This document shows, in pieces, positions 18,954-29,830 of a stretch of DNA of 64,000 bases. Below the pieces are notes generated by a model. That model was not told where the DNA came from and did not search any database. It saw only the letters and a list, made by a program, of their open reading frames with translations. The position numbers were made by a program, and so were the translations under genes. The DNA is taken from NCBI GenBank assembly GCA_963775895.1, contig CAVZKL010000013.1, positions 34,636 through 98,635 on the forward strand, read 5' to 3'. Origin of the DNA: Candidatus Bathyarchaeota archaeon (GTDB lineage Archaea; Thermoproteota; Bathyarchaeia; Bathyarchaeales; Bathycorpusculaceae). Numbering within the stretch: the first letter of the stretch is position 1; every line of letters starts with the position of its first letter.

Positions 18954-20292
18954 ATGAAACGAGGAACACCTCTCATGAAGTTGGATCTCATTGGTGATTG
19001 GAACAGAACGCATTATTCTGACGAAGTAAAGCCAGAAGATGACGGCAAAGAAGTAACCCTGTTCGGCTGGGTTCAAGAGATCAGAGACCTAGGTGGCATC
19101 CGCTTCATAATACTGCAAGATCGCGAAGGCACGATTCAAATCACCGTTTTACGAAAAAAAGCAAACAGCGAAGTGCTTTCGAAGTCAGACTCTTTACAAA
19201 AACGGTACAGCATAGGTGTCAGAGGAACAGTAAAGAAGACCAAGATGACGCCGAGAGGAATCGAAGTCATTCCGAACGAAATCAGAATCTTCAACACAGC
19301 CGAACAATTACCAATAGACATCTGCGGGAGGACTCCTGCAAATCTGGAAGTCTGTCTAGACTCACGCGCGCTAGACCTGTCTCTTGAAAAGAACGTAGCG
19401 GTCTTCAAGATTCAACACAACGCCGTCGTGGCAGTCCGAGACTTTCTCTTCGAAAGAGGCTTCTTGGAAGTGCACACTCCACGCATAATCGCCTCGGCAA
19501 CCGAAGGCGGAGCAGCACTTTTTCAACTTGATTACTTCGAAAGAAAAGCGTACCTCGCCCAGAGCCCGCAGCTCTACAAAGAAGAGCTCGTCATGAGCCT
19601 CGAAAAGGTCTTCGAAATAGGACCCTTCTTCAGAGCTGAAGAATCGCATACACGACATCACCTGAGTGAATTCGTATCGATAGACATCGAACAAGCCTTT
19701 GCCACACAAGAGGACGTCATGCAAATTCTTGAACAGCTGATTCAGCATATCTGCAAGAGCCGTGGCGGAAAAGTGCAAGAAGGAACTGATGACGCTTAAG
19801 TACAGTCTGAAAGTGCCTGACGTTCCTTTCAAACGTTTGACTTACGATCAGATACTGGAAGAATTGAAAAAAGAAGGAATCGATGTTTCATGGGGCGAAG
19901 ACATTCCGACCCCGGCGTTCAGAACGATAGGCAAACTTCACCCATACTTCTATTTCATAGTCGACTGGCCCACTGAATCAAAAGCATTCTACATAAAACC
20001 ACGCGATGACAACCCAGAGATTTCCGAAGGATTTGACTTGATGTGGCGATGGATGGAGCTCGTTTCAGGCGGAACAAGAATCGCATCCAAAGAACTGCTG
20101 ATAAAACGACTGAAAGAAAAGGGCCTCAACCCGGAATCCTTCAAACATCATCTGCAAGCTTTCGACTACGGCATGCCACCACACGCAGGCTGGGCAATAG
20201 GGTTAGAAAGATTGACGATGATGCTGACCGGAAAGAAAAACATACGAGAAGTCATGCTGTACCCACGCGACAAGTTCAGACTCACCCCATAG
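18954..20292 (+). CDS. aspS: Aspartyl-tRNA synthetase (one frameshift near 19770)
   Basis: OB fold GWV..IRDLG, YLAQSPQLYK, FRAEES and GMPPHAGWAIGLERL. Confidence 0.93.
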
Positions 20293-20385
20293 CTTTGTTT
20301 AGCACTGTTCTTGTAAAAATCATCATCCTTTTTAGCTGAAAATGTGCTAAAAACTGATAAATACCACTTGCGTTATTCCCAAGCC

Positions 20386-21903
20386 ATGGGAGACGAACCA
20401 GGGATCGAATGCGGCGTATTCGGTGCGATAAGCCGCAATAGCCAACACGTGTTTCCATACATATACTGGGGCATGAGAGCTCAAAACCACAGAGGACACC
20501 AATCACACGGTTTTCTCACTTATCTTGACGGAAAATTCTACGCAAACAGAAGCCTCGACCTCGTGCCGAAAATCAAGACAAACGCGATCCAAGAATGGTT
20601 TGGACGATTGCCAGGAAACATCGGCATCGGAAACGTCAGGTACACCACCTCAGGAAAATGCGACGAAAAATCGCTTGTGAAGGGAACACAACCCGTAACG
20701 GCCTCCAAGAAACGGTTCAAACTGGCTGTATCATTCAACGGTAACATCGTGAACACTTTTCAGCTCAAGAGAGACATTCTCAAACAGTTTCCACACTTCT
20801 CTTATGAGTGCGACGCAAACCTGGTCTGCTACAAACTGTTGATAGAATACTTGAAAAGTCAAGACATTACCTCGGCCGCGGAAGCTTGTATGAAAGAGAT
20901 TGATGGAGCGTTCTCAGTGGCCGCCGTAACGCAGGACGGTGATTTCTTCGCATTCAAAGACCCACATGGAATAAGACCACTCTGCGCAGGACACAGCGAA
21001 GACAATTCAATCTACGCCTTCTCCTCAGAAACTGCGAGCCTCGACATAAACGGCTTTCAAAGAGACTTTGAGCTGGAACCCGGAGAACTTGTCAAAGTCA
21101 CAGAAAACGGTTTTGAAAGAAAAAGACTGGTCAGAGAGCAGAGAAAAGCGTTCTGCTCCTTTGAATTCGCGTACTTCGCCAGACCAGATTCACGGTTCGA
21201 CGACAAATATGTTTACGAAGTTCGAGAGGAATTTGGAAGGAACCTTGTCAGGGAAAACCCAGACGTCGTGAAGGATGCAGACATAGTCATTTCTGTACCT
21301 GAGACTGCAGACGACGCAGCTATGGGAGTTCATGAGGCTTCCGGATTAAGATGGGAAAGAGCCTCGCGAAGACATCGCTACGTAACCGAAAGGGCTTTCA
21401 TCCTCCTAAGCAGAGATCGAAACCAAACGATTGACAGAAAAATAAACATCCTAGAGCCCAAGATTGAGGGCAAACGCATAGTCGTGACAGACGATAGCAT
21501 CGTCAGAGGAGACACAACAAAGATTATCGTTGCGAAACTCCGCAAGATGAGGGCCAAGAAGGTGTACTTGTTCGTCACCTTTCCACGCATAATCGGACCA
21601 TGCTTCTACGGAGTGGACATGGCCACGTACGGCCAACTCTTGGGTGCAAAACACAATCCCGAAGAAATAAGCGAGATAATAGGCGCAGACAAGGTTTGCT
21701 ACCAGTCTATCGAAGGCCTTGTCAAGGCAACAGGATTCAAAAAAGAAGAATTGTGCACGGGTTGCATAACAGGCGAGTATCCAACACCCTTAGCCCAGAG
21801 AATAGCGGATGACGTGAAGAAACGGCTCCTTCAAGGTTACGAAGAGAAAGAAAGATTGTACGAGATAGAAGAGCCAATTGAAGCTACCTGTGGGACTGAT
21901 TAG
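20386..21903 (+). CDS. purF: Amidophosphoribosyltransferase
   Basis: Propeptide then CGVFG, QNHRG, RYTT, CSFEFAYFARPDS, DDSIVRG and PCFYGVD. Confidence 0.93.
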   Translation: MGDEPGIECGVFGAISRNSQHVFPYIYWGMRAQNHRGHQSHGFLTYLDGKFYANRSLDLVPKIKTNAIQEWFGRLPGNIGIGNVRYTTSGKCDEKSLVKGTQPVTASKKRFKLAVSFNGNIVNTFQLKRDILKQFPHFSYECDANLVCYKLLIEYLKSQDITSAAEACMKEIDGAFSVAAVTQDGDFFAFKDPHGIRPLCAGHSEDNSIYAFSSETASLDINGFQRDFELEPGELVKVTENGFERKRLVREQRKAFCSFEFAYFARPDSRFDDKYVYEVREEFGRNLVRENPDVVKDADIVISVPETADDAAMGVHEASGLRWERASRRHRYVTERAFILLSRDRNQTIDRKINILEPKIEGKRIVVTDDSIVRGDTTKIIVAKLRKMRAKKVYLFVTFPRIIGPCFYGVDMATYGQLLGAKHNPEEISEIIGADKVCYQSIEGLVKATGFKKEELCTGCITGEYPTPLAQRIADDVKKRLLQGYEEKERLYEIEEPIEATCGTD

Positions 21904-21941
21904 GTCTTTCACGATCATTTCAACAGTATGAGGGGGCTCCG

Positions 21942-23351
21942 ATGGAAAAAGTAGGCATACTCGTGGTTTCATACGGTTCAAGAGAAGCAGCGATGATTGA
22001 TGCCTTCACGCGCAGTACGAAGTACAATGCAGAAATTTATGTGGTGGACAAACAGCACAACCCGTTCAACGTGGAAAAGGCGGCCAAACACGTTGTCATA
22101 CCCGATTTGAACATTGAAAAGATCTGCAAATTCGCAGATGCAAACAAGAACCGCGTTGATTTCGGCATTGTAGGTCCAGAGAAGCCGATAGTTGAAGGAA
22201 TACGCGACCTTGTAGAGAAACGTACGAAAATACCGATGATTTGCCCCACAAAAAAGTATGCTATTGAGGAGAGCAAAGTAGAGCAACGACTGTTGTTTGA
22301 CAGAATCGTGCCCGAAGCAAATCCTCGCTTCAAAATCTTCAACCCAGAGGATTACGAGGACGTTTCAGAAGTCAAGAGAGATGTTTACAGTTGGCTTGAC
22401 GTATTGGAAAACCAAGCCGTCGTCAAACCTGACAAGCCCGCAGCTGGAAAAGGAGTAGGCGTTTGGGGAGACCACTTCAACACGCGAGAACAGCTTTTCG
22501 AGCACTTTCTATCGAATTATCGTCACGGTCCTGTGATTATCGAAGAGAGAATTGAAGGGGAAGAATCAAGCTTTCAAGCGTTCTGCGACGGAAAACACCT
22601 GGTCCCCTTACCTGACACGAGAGACTACAAGCGAGCGTTCGACCAAGATAAAGGACCAAATACTGGAGGAATGGGTTCTTACAAAGACACAGGTGACATA
22701 CTACCATTCCTGACAAAGACAGACCGAGCCAAAGAACTGGAAGTTGCCGACAGAATCTTTCAGAAATGGAAAGGAAAAGACAATTCTTCTTTGAGAGGTG
22801 TACCCTTATACCTTGCCTTTATGCACTCAAACAAAGGATTGAAAATCCTTGAAAACAACAGCCGCCCAGGAGACCCCGAGATAATCAACATCTTACCCGT
22901 GCTAGAGGACGATTTTGTCGATGTCTGCTTCAGAATGCTTGAAGGAAGCCTCACTCAGATTGAGCTTCGGAAAGCAGCCACGGTAGTAACCTATAAGGCT
23001 CCACCTTCCTATGCAGGATTCTGTGAAAACTTCCCCAAGCGCGTAGACAAAGCTCACGTTGACAAACCGGTTGATCTCACGGGAGCCTATGAACTCAGCA
23101 GAAGACACCCTGACCAAGTGCGAGTTTATCCCGGCTCAATGGAAAAACGCGACGGCAAGAACTTCACCTTGAGGTCCAGAACAGTCTGCACGGTGGGAAT
23201 CGCGGACAACATTGAGGATGCCCGATCAATATCGCTCGATGCCTTAAAAGCAATCAAAGGCGGAGCTCTTTGGTACAGGACCGACATAGCGTCAACGGCT
23301 CACATAAAGAAAAGCGTTAGTCATTTGGAGAGCTTGAGGCGCAACCCGTGA
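21942..23351 (+). CDS. purD: Phosphoribosylamine-glycine ligase
   Basis: GSRE, VGPE, AAGKGV, DYKRAFDQDKGPNTGGMGSY and RPGDPE. Confidence 0.92.
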   Translation: MEKVGILVVSYGSREAAMIDAFTRSTKYNAEIYVVDKQHNPFNVEKAAKHVVIPDLNIEKICKFADANKNRVDFGIVGPEKPIVEGIRDLVEKRTKIPMICPTKKYAIEESKVEQRLLFDRIVPEANPRFKIFNPEDYEDVSEVKRDVYSWLDVLENQAVVKPDKPAAGKGVGVWGDHFNTREQLFEHFLSNYRHGPVIIEERIEGEESSFQAFCDGKHLVPLPDTRDYKRAFDQDKGPNTGGMGSYKDTGDILPFLTKTDRAKELEVADRIFQKWKGKDNSSLRGVPLYLAFMHSNKGLKILENNSRPGDPEIINILPVLEDDFVDVCFRMLEGSLTQIELRKAATVVTYKAPPSYAGFCENFPKRVDKAHVDKPVDLTGAYELSRRHPDQVRVYPGSMEKRDGKNFTLRSRTVCTVGIADNIEDARSISLDALKAIKGGALWYRTDIASTAHIKKSVSHLESLRRNP

Positions 23352-24431
23352 AAGGGGTCTTCGTATCAGACTGTGAAGGACCGATCTCAAAAAACGACAA
23401 CGCCTTTGAAATAACTGCACAATTTGTTCCCTCTGGAGACAAGATTTTCACGTTGATAAGCAGGTATGACGATGTGCTTGCAGAATTGGTCAAGAAACCT
23501 GGCTACAAGGCAGGCGACACGCTGAAGCTAATCCTACCCTTTCTGAAAGCCTATGGAGTAACAGATCTATTGATCAGGGAATTGTCGGCAAGAAAGTTGG
23601 CCTTGATGCCTCTCGTGAAAATCACTCTGGATTATATCACGAAGATTGCGCCAGCCTATGTTATCAGCACAAGCTACGAACACTATATTGAAGCTCTATG
23701 CAAAGCAATCGGTTTTCCTTTCGAAAACACGTACTGCACCAAACTGCGTTTAGACAGATACGAGTTGGGATGGCAGGAAAGGGATCAGCTTAGGCGAATC
23801 GCTTCGGAGATAACGGTGATGCCGACCTTCGAAATTCCACTGCGGAGCTACCAGTCTGAAAGACCTTCCTGTGAAGGCACAAGCAACGGTTCGAAAGTTA
23901 GACGAGATTTTCTGGGACACAATAGAGAAAATGCAAATTGGAAGAATCTATTCAGAAGTGAATCCGATCGGCGGAATTGAAAAAGCTCAAGCCATCGAGG
24001 AGATCGTCAACAGACTATCCACAAGGCTTGCAGACGTCATGTATGTTGGCGATAGCATCACCGATGAGGAAGCGTTGAAACTAGTGAAAGAAAACGATGG
24101 CCTCGCAGTTTCCTTCAACGGAAACCAGCACGCAGTTGAAAATGCAGACATCGCATTAATGTCTCCAGATTGTACAGTCACCGCCATAATCGCTGAAACT
24201 TTTCTCCGATTTGGAAAGAAAGAGACACTAGCCCTAGTGGCGAATTGGAATAGACAAACGCTAGAAAAGAGTCCATTGAACAATGATTTGATCAAGCTGT
24301 TTCTCAGATTACATCCGCGCAATTTGCCTAAAGCTAAAATAATAAAGAAAGAAGATAGGGCAAAGCTGTCGAAAGAAAGCAGCGAATTCAGAAAAAAGGT
24401 TAGAGGAGAACGAGTTGGCAGGTTAGGATGA
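23348..24431 (+). CDS. HAD-superfamily hydrolase (EhaR-like; one frameshift near 23850)
   Basis: Motif [23 protein letters not shown] and AVSFNGN; 4-bp overlaps with purD and the next gene. Confidence 0.8.
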
Positions 24432-25345
24432 ACTTGGTTAACAAAAACTTGATTCAAGATACTTTCGCTGAGGCTTTTGATGGATTCTACACCCGATTGA
24501 TCGTAACTGCAGACGACTCGGAAACGCTGAGACGTGCAGTGGAAGACGCAACAGCTACGCCTTCCACCGTGATCGACAGGATCGAAGGCGGAACAGAGAA
24601 GTGGCTTACGGAGAAAGAGACTCCGGACAAACGGAAAGGCGCAATTCTGCAGTTTTGGGGAGCACATCATAAGAAGAAACCGTTCTCGGACAGTTTGAAG
24701 AAGTTTGAGACTGAACTCTCTTACAGAATACGGCAAGACATATTGGTCAAGCCGTTTACAGCCGTTTTTGACGCTTTGCCAAATGCTGAAGGAAAGATTG
24801 ACATGATGGAACGGGTTGGCCATTGCGGCGATGGATATGAATGGATGGAAAAAAGACACGAAAGAGAAGTAATAGTTGTGCCAATAATGGTTCCTGACTT
24901 CGTGATCGAACGTTACTTGGGTTATGCCCGCGGCGTCATGGGGGCCAACTTTTGGATAATGTGCAAAACCAAAGAGGCATTGAGGGAAGCTGGGAAAAAA
25001 GCGCTGGCAGCTATACACGGAGTGGAAGGTGTAATAACACCGTTTGACGTCTGCTCTGCAGGTTCGAAGCCGGAAACGAACTTTCCATGGATTGGACCGA
25101 CAACGAACCAACTTTACTGTCCATCTCTAAAAGGGAAGCTCGACGGGGATTCAAGGGTGCCCGAAGGCGTCAACTACATACCTGAAATTGTCATCGATGG
25201 AATTTCAATGAACGCAGTGAAGGAAGCAATGAAGAAGGGAATATCGGCCGCATCGAAAATCAAAGGTGTCGTCGGAATATCCGCTGGCAACTACGACGGC
25301 AAACTGGGCGAGTACAAGATCTACTTGAGAGAGCTGTTCAGATGA
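24428..25345 (+). CDS. Formylmethanofuran:H4MPT formyltransferase-family paralog (EhaS-like)
   Basis: [19 protein letters not shown]...AGSK, PTTN..YCP, PEIVIDG and [11 protein letters not shown]. It diverges from canonical Ftr at TATPSTV and [12 protein letters not shown]. Confidence 0.85.
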   Translation: MNLVNKNLIQDTFAEAFDGFYTRLIVTADDSETLRRAVEDATATPSTVIDRIEGGTEKWLTEKETPDKRKGAILQFWGAHHKKKPFSDSLKKFETELSYRIRQDILVKPFTAVFDALPNAEGKIDMMERVGHCGDGYEWMEKRHEREVIVVPIMVPDFVIERYLGYARGVMGANFWIMCKTKEALREAGKKALAAIHGVEGVITPFDVCSAGSKPETNFPWIGPTTNQLYCPSLKGKLDGDSRVPEGVNYIPEIVIDGISMNAVKEAMKKGISAASKIKGVVGISAGNYDGKLGEYKIYLRELFR

Positions 25346-26262
25346 GCCAGTTCGACGCAGTTGGGTTCGGAGCTCTTAACGTCGACAAGCTTTTCAAAGT
25401 TGAAAAAATAGCTGCGGCAGAAGAGGAAACTTCAGTAATCGACTACTCGGAGACGTGTGGCGGTTCAGCCGCAAACACAATGGTTGGCTTGGCAAGACTC
25501 GGCTGCAAAGTGGGTTTCATCGGAAAAATCGCCTGGGATCCTGAAGGAAAAATGCTCTTGCAAGATTTCAGACGAGAAAGAGTCGACACTAAAGGAATGG
25601 TCATCACCAAAGATGGCAGAAGTGGCAAAGTCATGGGTTTCGTGGATAAAAATGGTCAGCGAGCCCTGTACGTTGATGCAGGCGTGAACGATGCGATGAG
25701 ACCAGAAGACGTGAACTTGACCTACGCTTCGAACGCAAAGCTAGTGCACCTAACGTCCTTCGTCGGACAACAGTCATTTCAAACTCAGAAATGGCTTCTC
25801 AATAAGCTGCCCTTGAGGGTTAAGGTGAGCTTTGACCCAGGAGCTCTCTATGCAAGAACTGGAATGGCGAAACTCCAACCGATAATAGAGAGAACTTCTA
25901 TAATGCTGCCGAACGCAGATGAACTTGCACTAATAACGGGTAAAAATGATTACAGAGAAGGAGCGAAACTGCTACTTGACAACGGCGTAAAGATAATAGC
26001 CGTCAAGCTTGGAAACCATGGATGTTATGTGACGGATGGAAGGGAAAGCCATATTGTAGCTCCGTTCAAGGTCAAAGTAATCGACACGACAGGGGCCGGA
26101 GACGCGTTTGACGCTGGTTTTCTCTACGGTTTGCTAAGAGACAGGAGTCTCGAAGAAGCTTCTAGAATTGGCAACTTCGTTGCTTCAAAGTGCATAATGG
26201 CAATGGGCGCGAGACTTGGGTTGCCAACGCTCAAAACCCTAACAACCGAGATGCAGATGTGA
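25342..26262 (+). CDS. PfkB/ribokinase-family carbohydrate or nucleoside kinase (EhaT-like)
   Basis: GALNVD, GGSAANT..GLARLG, SFDPG and DTTGAGDAF. Confidence 0.9.
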   Translation: MSQFDAVGFGALNVDKLFKVEKIAAAEEETSVIDYSETCGGSAANTMVGLARLGCKVGFIGKIAWDPEGKMLLQDFRRERVDTKGMVITKDGRSGKVMGFVDKNGQRALYVDAGVNDAMRPEDVNLTYASNAKLVHLTSFVGQQSFQTQKWLLNKLPLRVKVSFDPGALYARTGMAKLQPIIERTSIMLPNADELALITGKNDYREGAKLLLDNGVKIIAVKLGNHGCYVTDGRESHIVAPFKVKVIDTTGAGDAFDAGFLYGLLRDRSLEEASRIGNFVASKCIMAMGARLGLPTLKTLTTEMQM

Positions 26263-26320
26263 CCAGAGACAACGCATCCAGCCGCAGGATTCTAAGCCTA
26301 TGAAAAGATCATAAAGTTCC

Positions 26321-27141
26321 TTAACGTTCTCTCTCCAAATAGTTAATCAGGCTTTCAAAAATGAGACTTCCATCTGAGAATTCTGGCATTTTCAGTTGCC
26401 GTGTCCAATCCGGTCGCTGCCACCAGTAGAAGGCTCTTTCAGGATGCGGCATCAGACCGAAAATGGTGCCCTCTGGGTTGCATATACCTGCTATGTCGTG
26501 AAATGCACCGTTCGGGTTGGCCGGATAAGAACCTTTGGCGTATTCGCCATCTTTCTTGCAGTAGCGGAATACCAGCTGATCGTTTTCAACAAGTTTTTCC
26601 AAATAGCGCTTCTCTCTCTCTTTTGCGAAGATAAATCTTCCTTCAGCGTGCGCAACAGGTACGTGGATTGTTTTCCCCTTTCTGCATCTTCGAAGTGAAC
26701 ACGCATTTTCCACTGTTCTCGTGTTTGAGGCTGATCCATCTGCAATTGTAACCCGGCGGAACATTCGTTGCTAATGCAGCCTCAGGCACTTGGCTGGTAC
26801 CCTCAAACCCTGGAAGCAGACCGGCCTCAACAAGCACTTGGAAACCGTTGCAGATCCCGAGGATCGGACGATTCTCATCCACGAAAGCCTTGAGCTCTTT
26901 GCCCAACTTCGCAAGTACCCATTTCGCCCATATGGCCCCAGCCCGAACGTAGTCTCCGTAAGAGAAACCGCCGGGGAAAACGAGTGCATCATAATCCAGC
27001 ATGTTCTTTCGCTTGATCATTTCGTTGACGTGAACAATTTCGGCCTTGACCCCAAGTTCTCTTGAATGAACGCCCCGTTTCGGCGTCACAGTTGGTTCCA
27101 CCGACGCGCAAAACGCAGATCCTGATCTCTTCCCTTTTCAT
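26321..27141 (-). CDS. purQ: FGAM synthase glutaminase subunit (several frameshifts)
   Basis: [30 protein letters not shown] and GLMPHPER spread over three ORFs. Confidence 0.9.
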
Positions 27142-27143
27142 AT

Positions 27144-29525
27144 TCAAACCCCCGCGCTGAGCGACCCCTTCCAAGCTGCCAGAAGGTCGTTAATTGAAGC
27201 GTCAATCACAATTTCACGCGTCAACCCCCGGATGCGCAGGCTTGTCGTTTTTGTAACCCTTCCTATTTCGGATAAGACTTGCCCCTTCATCAGAGTTTCA
27301 AAGTGATCTTTTGCTTTCTGTGAAACTTCAACTAAGAAGCGGCTGTTCGACTCTGAGAACAGAACCAAATCATTGCGGCTCAAATTACGCCTCGGAACGT
27401 CTAACAAGTTCATTTCGATGCCGTACCCACCTGCAAATGCCATCTCAGCTGCTGCAACCGCCAGACCTCCTTCTGACAGGTCGTGACAAGCCTTGACTAG
27501 GCCCAAATCGATGGCCTTTGTCAACGCGCGGTAAGTCTTCTTTGCCTGTTTCCCGCGCACTTTGGGCACGGTTTTACCGATAAAGCCGTTCAGTCTATAG
27601 TACTCCGAGCCACCAAGTTCGAAGAAAGTCTCCCCAACAATATACATTGAGTCGCCGTTTGACTTCACGTCCATTGAAACCGCGGAACGCACGTCTGGAA
27701 TGATGCCTAATGCGGTTATAAGAAGTGTCGGAGTCACTGGCCCCAAGGGCGATTCGTTGTAAAGGCTGTCTTTGCCCGAAATGAAGGGTGTTTCATAAGC
27801 AACTGCAAAATCATAACAGGCTTCACATGCTCTTACAAGGCTACCCAGTCGTTCTGGTCGTTCAGGGTTCCCCCACGTGAAGTTGTCCAGCAATGCGATA
27901 CGTCGGCCACCCACGGCCACGTTGTTTCTTATCGCCTCATCAATCACGGAGGCTGCCATCCAATAAGTGTCGATCTTACCATAGTTCGGGTTCATCCCGC
28001 ATGAGATCACGATACCTTTCCAAGAATCGTTCAGTGGTTTCAGTACCGCAGCGTCATTTGGTCCCGCGTTTTCTCCCTGGAATGGTTTCAGCACAGTGTT
28101 TCCTTTCACTTCGTGGTCGTACGTTCGAACAACGCTCTCTTTGCTGGCGATGTTGGGTGACGCAAGAAGTTTCAACAACGTTTCCGTAAGTCGTTTTGAA
28201 TCTGGCAAATTTGGCTCCTCAAACTGCGTATGCTCAAGTACCGCAGTTTTCGTCGTCTTTGGCGGCCCAAACAGAAAGGCGAGATCCATCCTTGCGACTT
28301 TCTGACCTTGATAGCTGAGTTCCAGAGTTCTCTCAGAAACGAGTGTTCCGATTGCGGTAGCCTGAACGTCTTCCTCTTTGAAAACGTTCAATGCTCTTTC
28401 AAGGTTTTCAGGTGGCACGGTCAGGAGCATTCTCTCTTGGGATTCAGAAATGTAGATCTCCCATGGAGCTAATCCAGCGTATTTCAGGGGGACTTTCTCG
28501 AGGTTCACCTTAGCACCGACTGCAAACCTGTTTGCGGTTTCGCCCACTGCAGAGGATAAACCGCCTCCGCCCAGATCAGTGATCGAGGATGCAAGCTCCA
28601 AGTCTCGGATCGCGATTATCGCTCTTTTCAGTTTCTCTTCTTCTATGGGGTTTGCAATTTGCACGGATGGACGTGACACTTCTTCAGATTTCTCCGTCAG
28701 TTCTGCTGATGCAAAGGTCACGCCGTGAATGCCGTCTCGGCCGGTCTTGCCGCCTGCGATTACGATTATGTCGTTTGGTTTGGCGGCTTTCTTGAACTTC
28801 CTAAGAGGAAGTAATCCGACGCATCCGCAGTAGACAACGACGTTTCCGACATAGGTTTCGTCGAAGTATATGGCGCCGTTCACCGTCGGAATTCCCATGT
28901 TGTTTCCGTAGCTTCCTATGCCCGCCACTACGCCCATGTACACGTATTTGGGATGCTTGACACCGGCTGGAAGCTTTGTGTAGTCGAAGTCCAAAGGGCC
29001 GAAGCCCAGTACGTCAGTGCAAGCGATTGGGTCAGCCCAGACGCCCAATATGTCGCGGATGACTCCGCCTGTTCCTGTGGCTGCCCCTCCGAAGGGTTCC
29101 ACTGCGCTTGGATGGTTGTGTGTTTCCACTTTCATCGCTATTCCGTGATTTTTGTCAAAATCCACGATTCCAGCGTTGTCTTCGAAAACAGAGAAACACC
29201 ATTTTGGTTTGATCTTCTTGACAGTTTCAGAGATGTATGTCTTGAATAGACTGTTGATTTCTTTTCCTTTGAATTTTATCTTGCCCTTGAAGGTTTTATG
29301 GTAGCAGTGTTCAGACCATGTTTGGCCTAGGGTTTGGAGTTCCACGTCGGTTGGATTTCGACGTTGTTTTGCGAAATATTTTTGGACGCACCTCATTTCG
29401 TCGAGGCTTAAACCGATTCCGAGTTCATTGCTCACATCTGCGAGTTCTCCGTCTGAGGCGTTGCGAAGGTTGATTTCAAAAAGTGGAAAAGGCATTTTCT
29501 TGTTAACATACAGCGTACTGGTCAT
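27144..29525 (-). CDS. purL: FGAM synthase large subunit
   Basis: WSEHCYHK, KVETHNHPSAVEPFGGAATG, DLGGGG and SESQERM. Confidence 0.95.
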   Translation of the reverse strand: MTSTLYVNKKMPFPLFEINLRNASDGELADVSNELGIGLSLDEMRCVQKYFAKQRRNPTDVELQTLGQTWSEHCYHKTFKGKIKFKGKEINSLFKTYISETVKKIKPKWCFSVFEDNAGIVDFDKNHGIAMKVETHNHPSAVEPFGGAATGTGGVIRDILGVWADPIACTDVLGFGPLDFDYTKLPAGVKHPKYVYMGVVAGIGSYGNNMGIPTVNGAIYFDETYVGNVVVYCGCVGLLPLRKFKKAAKPNDIIVIAGGKTGRDGIHGVTFASAELTEKSEEVSRPSVQIANPIEEEKLKRAIIAIRDLELASSITDLGGGGLSSAVGETANRFAVGAKVNLEKVPLKYAGLAPWEIYISESQERMLLTVPPENLERALNVFKEEDVQATAIGTLVSERTLELSYQGQKVARMDLAFLFGPPKTTKTAVLEHTQFEEPNLPDSKRLTETLLKLLASPNIASKESVVRTYDHEVKGNTVLKPFQGENAGPNDAAVLKPLNDSWKGIVISCGMNPNYGKIDTYWMAASVIDEAIRNNVAVGGRRIALLDNFTWGNPERPERLGSLVRACEACYDFAVAYETPFISGKDSLYNESPLGPVTPTLLITALGIIPDVRSAVSMDVKSNGDSMYIVGETFFELGGSEYYRLNGFIGKTVPKVRGKQAKKTYRALTKAIDLGLVKACHDLSEGGLAVAAAEMAFAGGYGIEMNLLDVPRRNLSRNDLVLFSESNSRFLVEVSQKAKDHFETLMKGQVLSEIGRVTKTTSLRIRGLTREIVIDASINDLLAAWKGSLSAGV

Positions 29526-29773
29526 CGGGTTTCCTCGATGACGATTGAGTAGTTGTCTTTTGTTGGGTTTGCCAAGAGCCTCTTGCACATTTCTTCTGCT
29601 TTTGCTTCTGCTTTTTTCTTCGTTGCCGCTTCATGCATAATCGTGTAGACTTTGCTCACGTTGACAGAATCAATCTCATAGCCAAGTTCTTTCAGCAACT
29701 GCGCGGTGGTTTCACCCTCAGGGTCGCTGTGCCCTGGTTTCAGACTGACTTCAATTCTGAGACGCCATTTCAT
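29522..29773 (-). CDS. purS: FGAM synthase small subunit
   Basis: LKPGHSDPEGE...MCKRLLANP. Confidence 0.92.
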   Translation of the reverse strand: MKWRLRIEVSLKPGHSDPEGETTAQLLKELGYEIDSVNVSKVYTIMHEAATKKKAEAKAEEMCKRLLANPTKDNYSIVIEETR

Positions 29774-29830
29774 GTCTAGATGTTGAGTTGAACGGAATTT
29801 AAACGCTTTCGCCACAATAAATGCAAAGCT

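Noticed and set aside
23987-25111. 374-aa minus-strand ORF
   Set aside because: It is an antisense shadow of the HAD and Ftr-like genes, which have clear family motifs. It has no recognisable motifs of its own.
24428-25345. Ftr homolog as evidence for methanogenesis or an Eha hydrogenase at this locus
   Set aside because: No fwd, mch, mtd, mcr or eha membrane-subunit genes are in the window, and the local context is purely purine biosynthesis.
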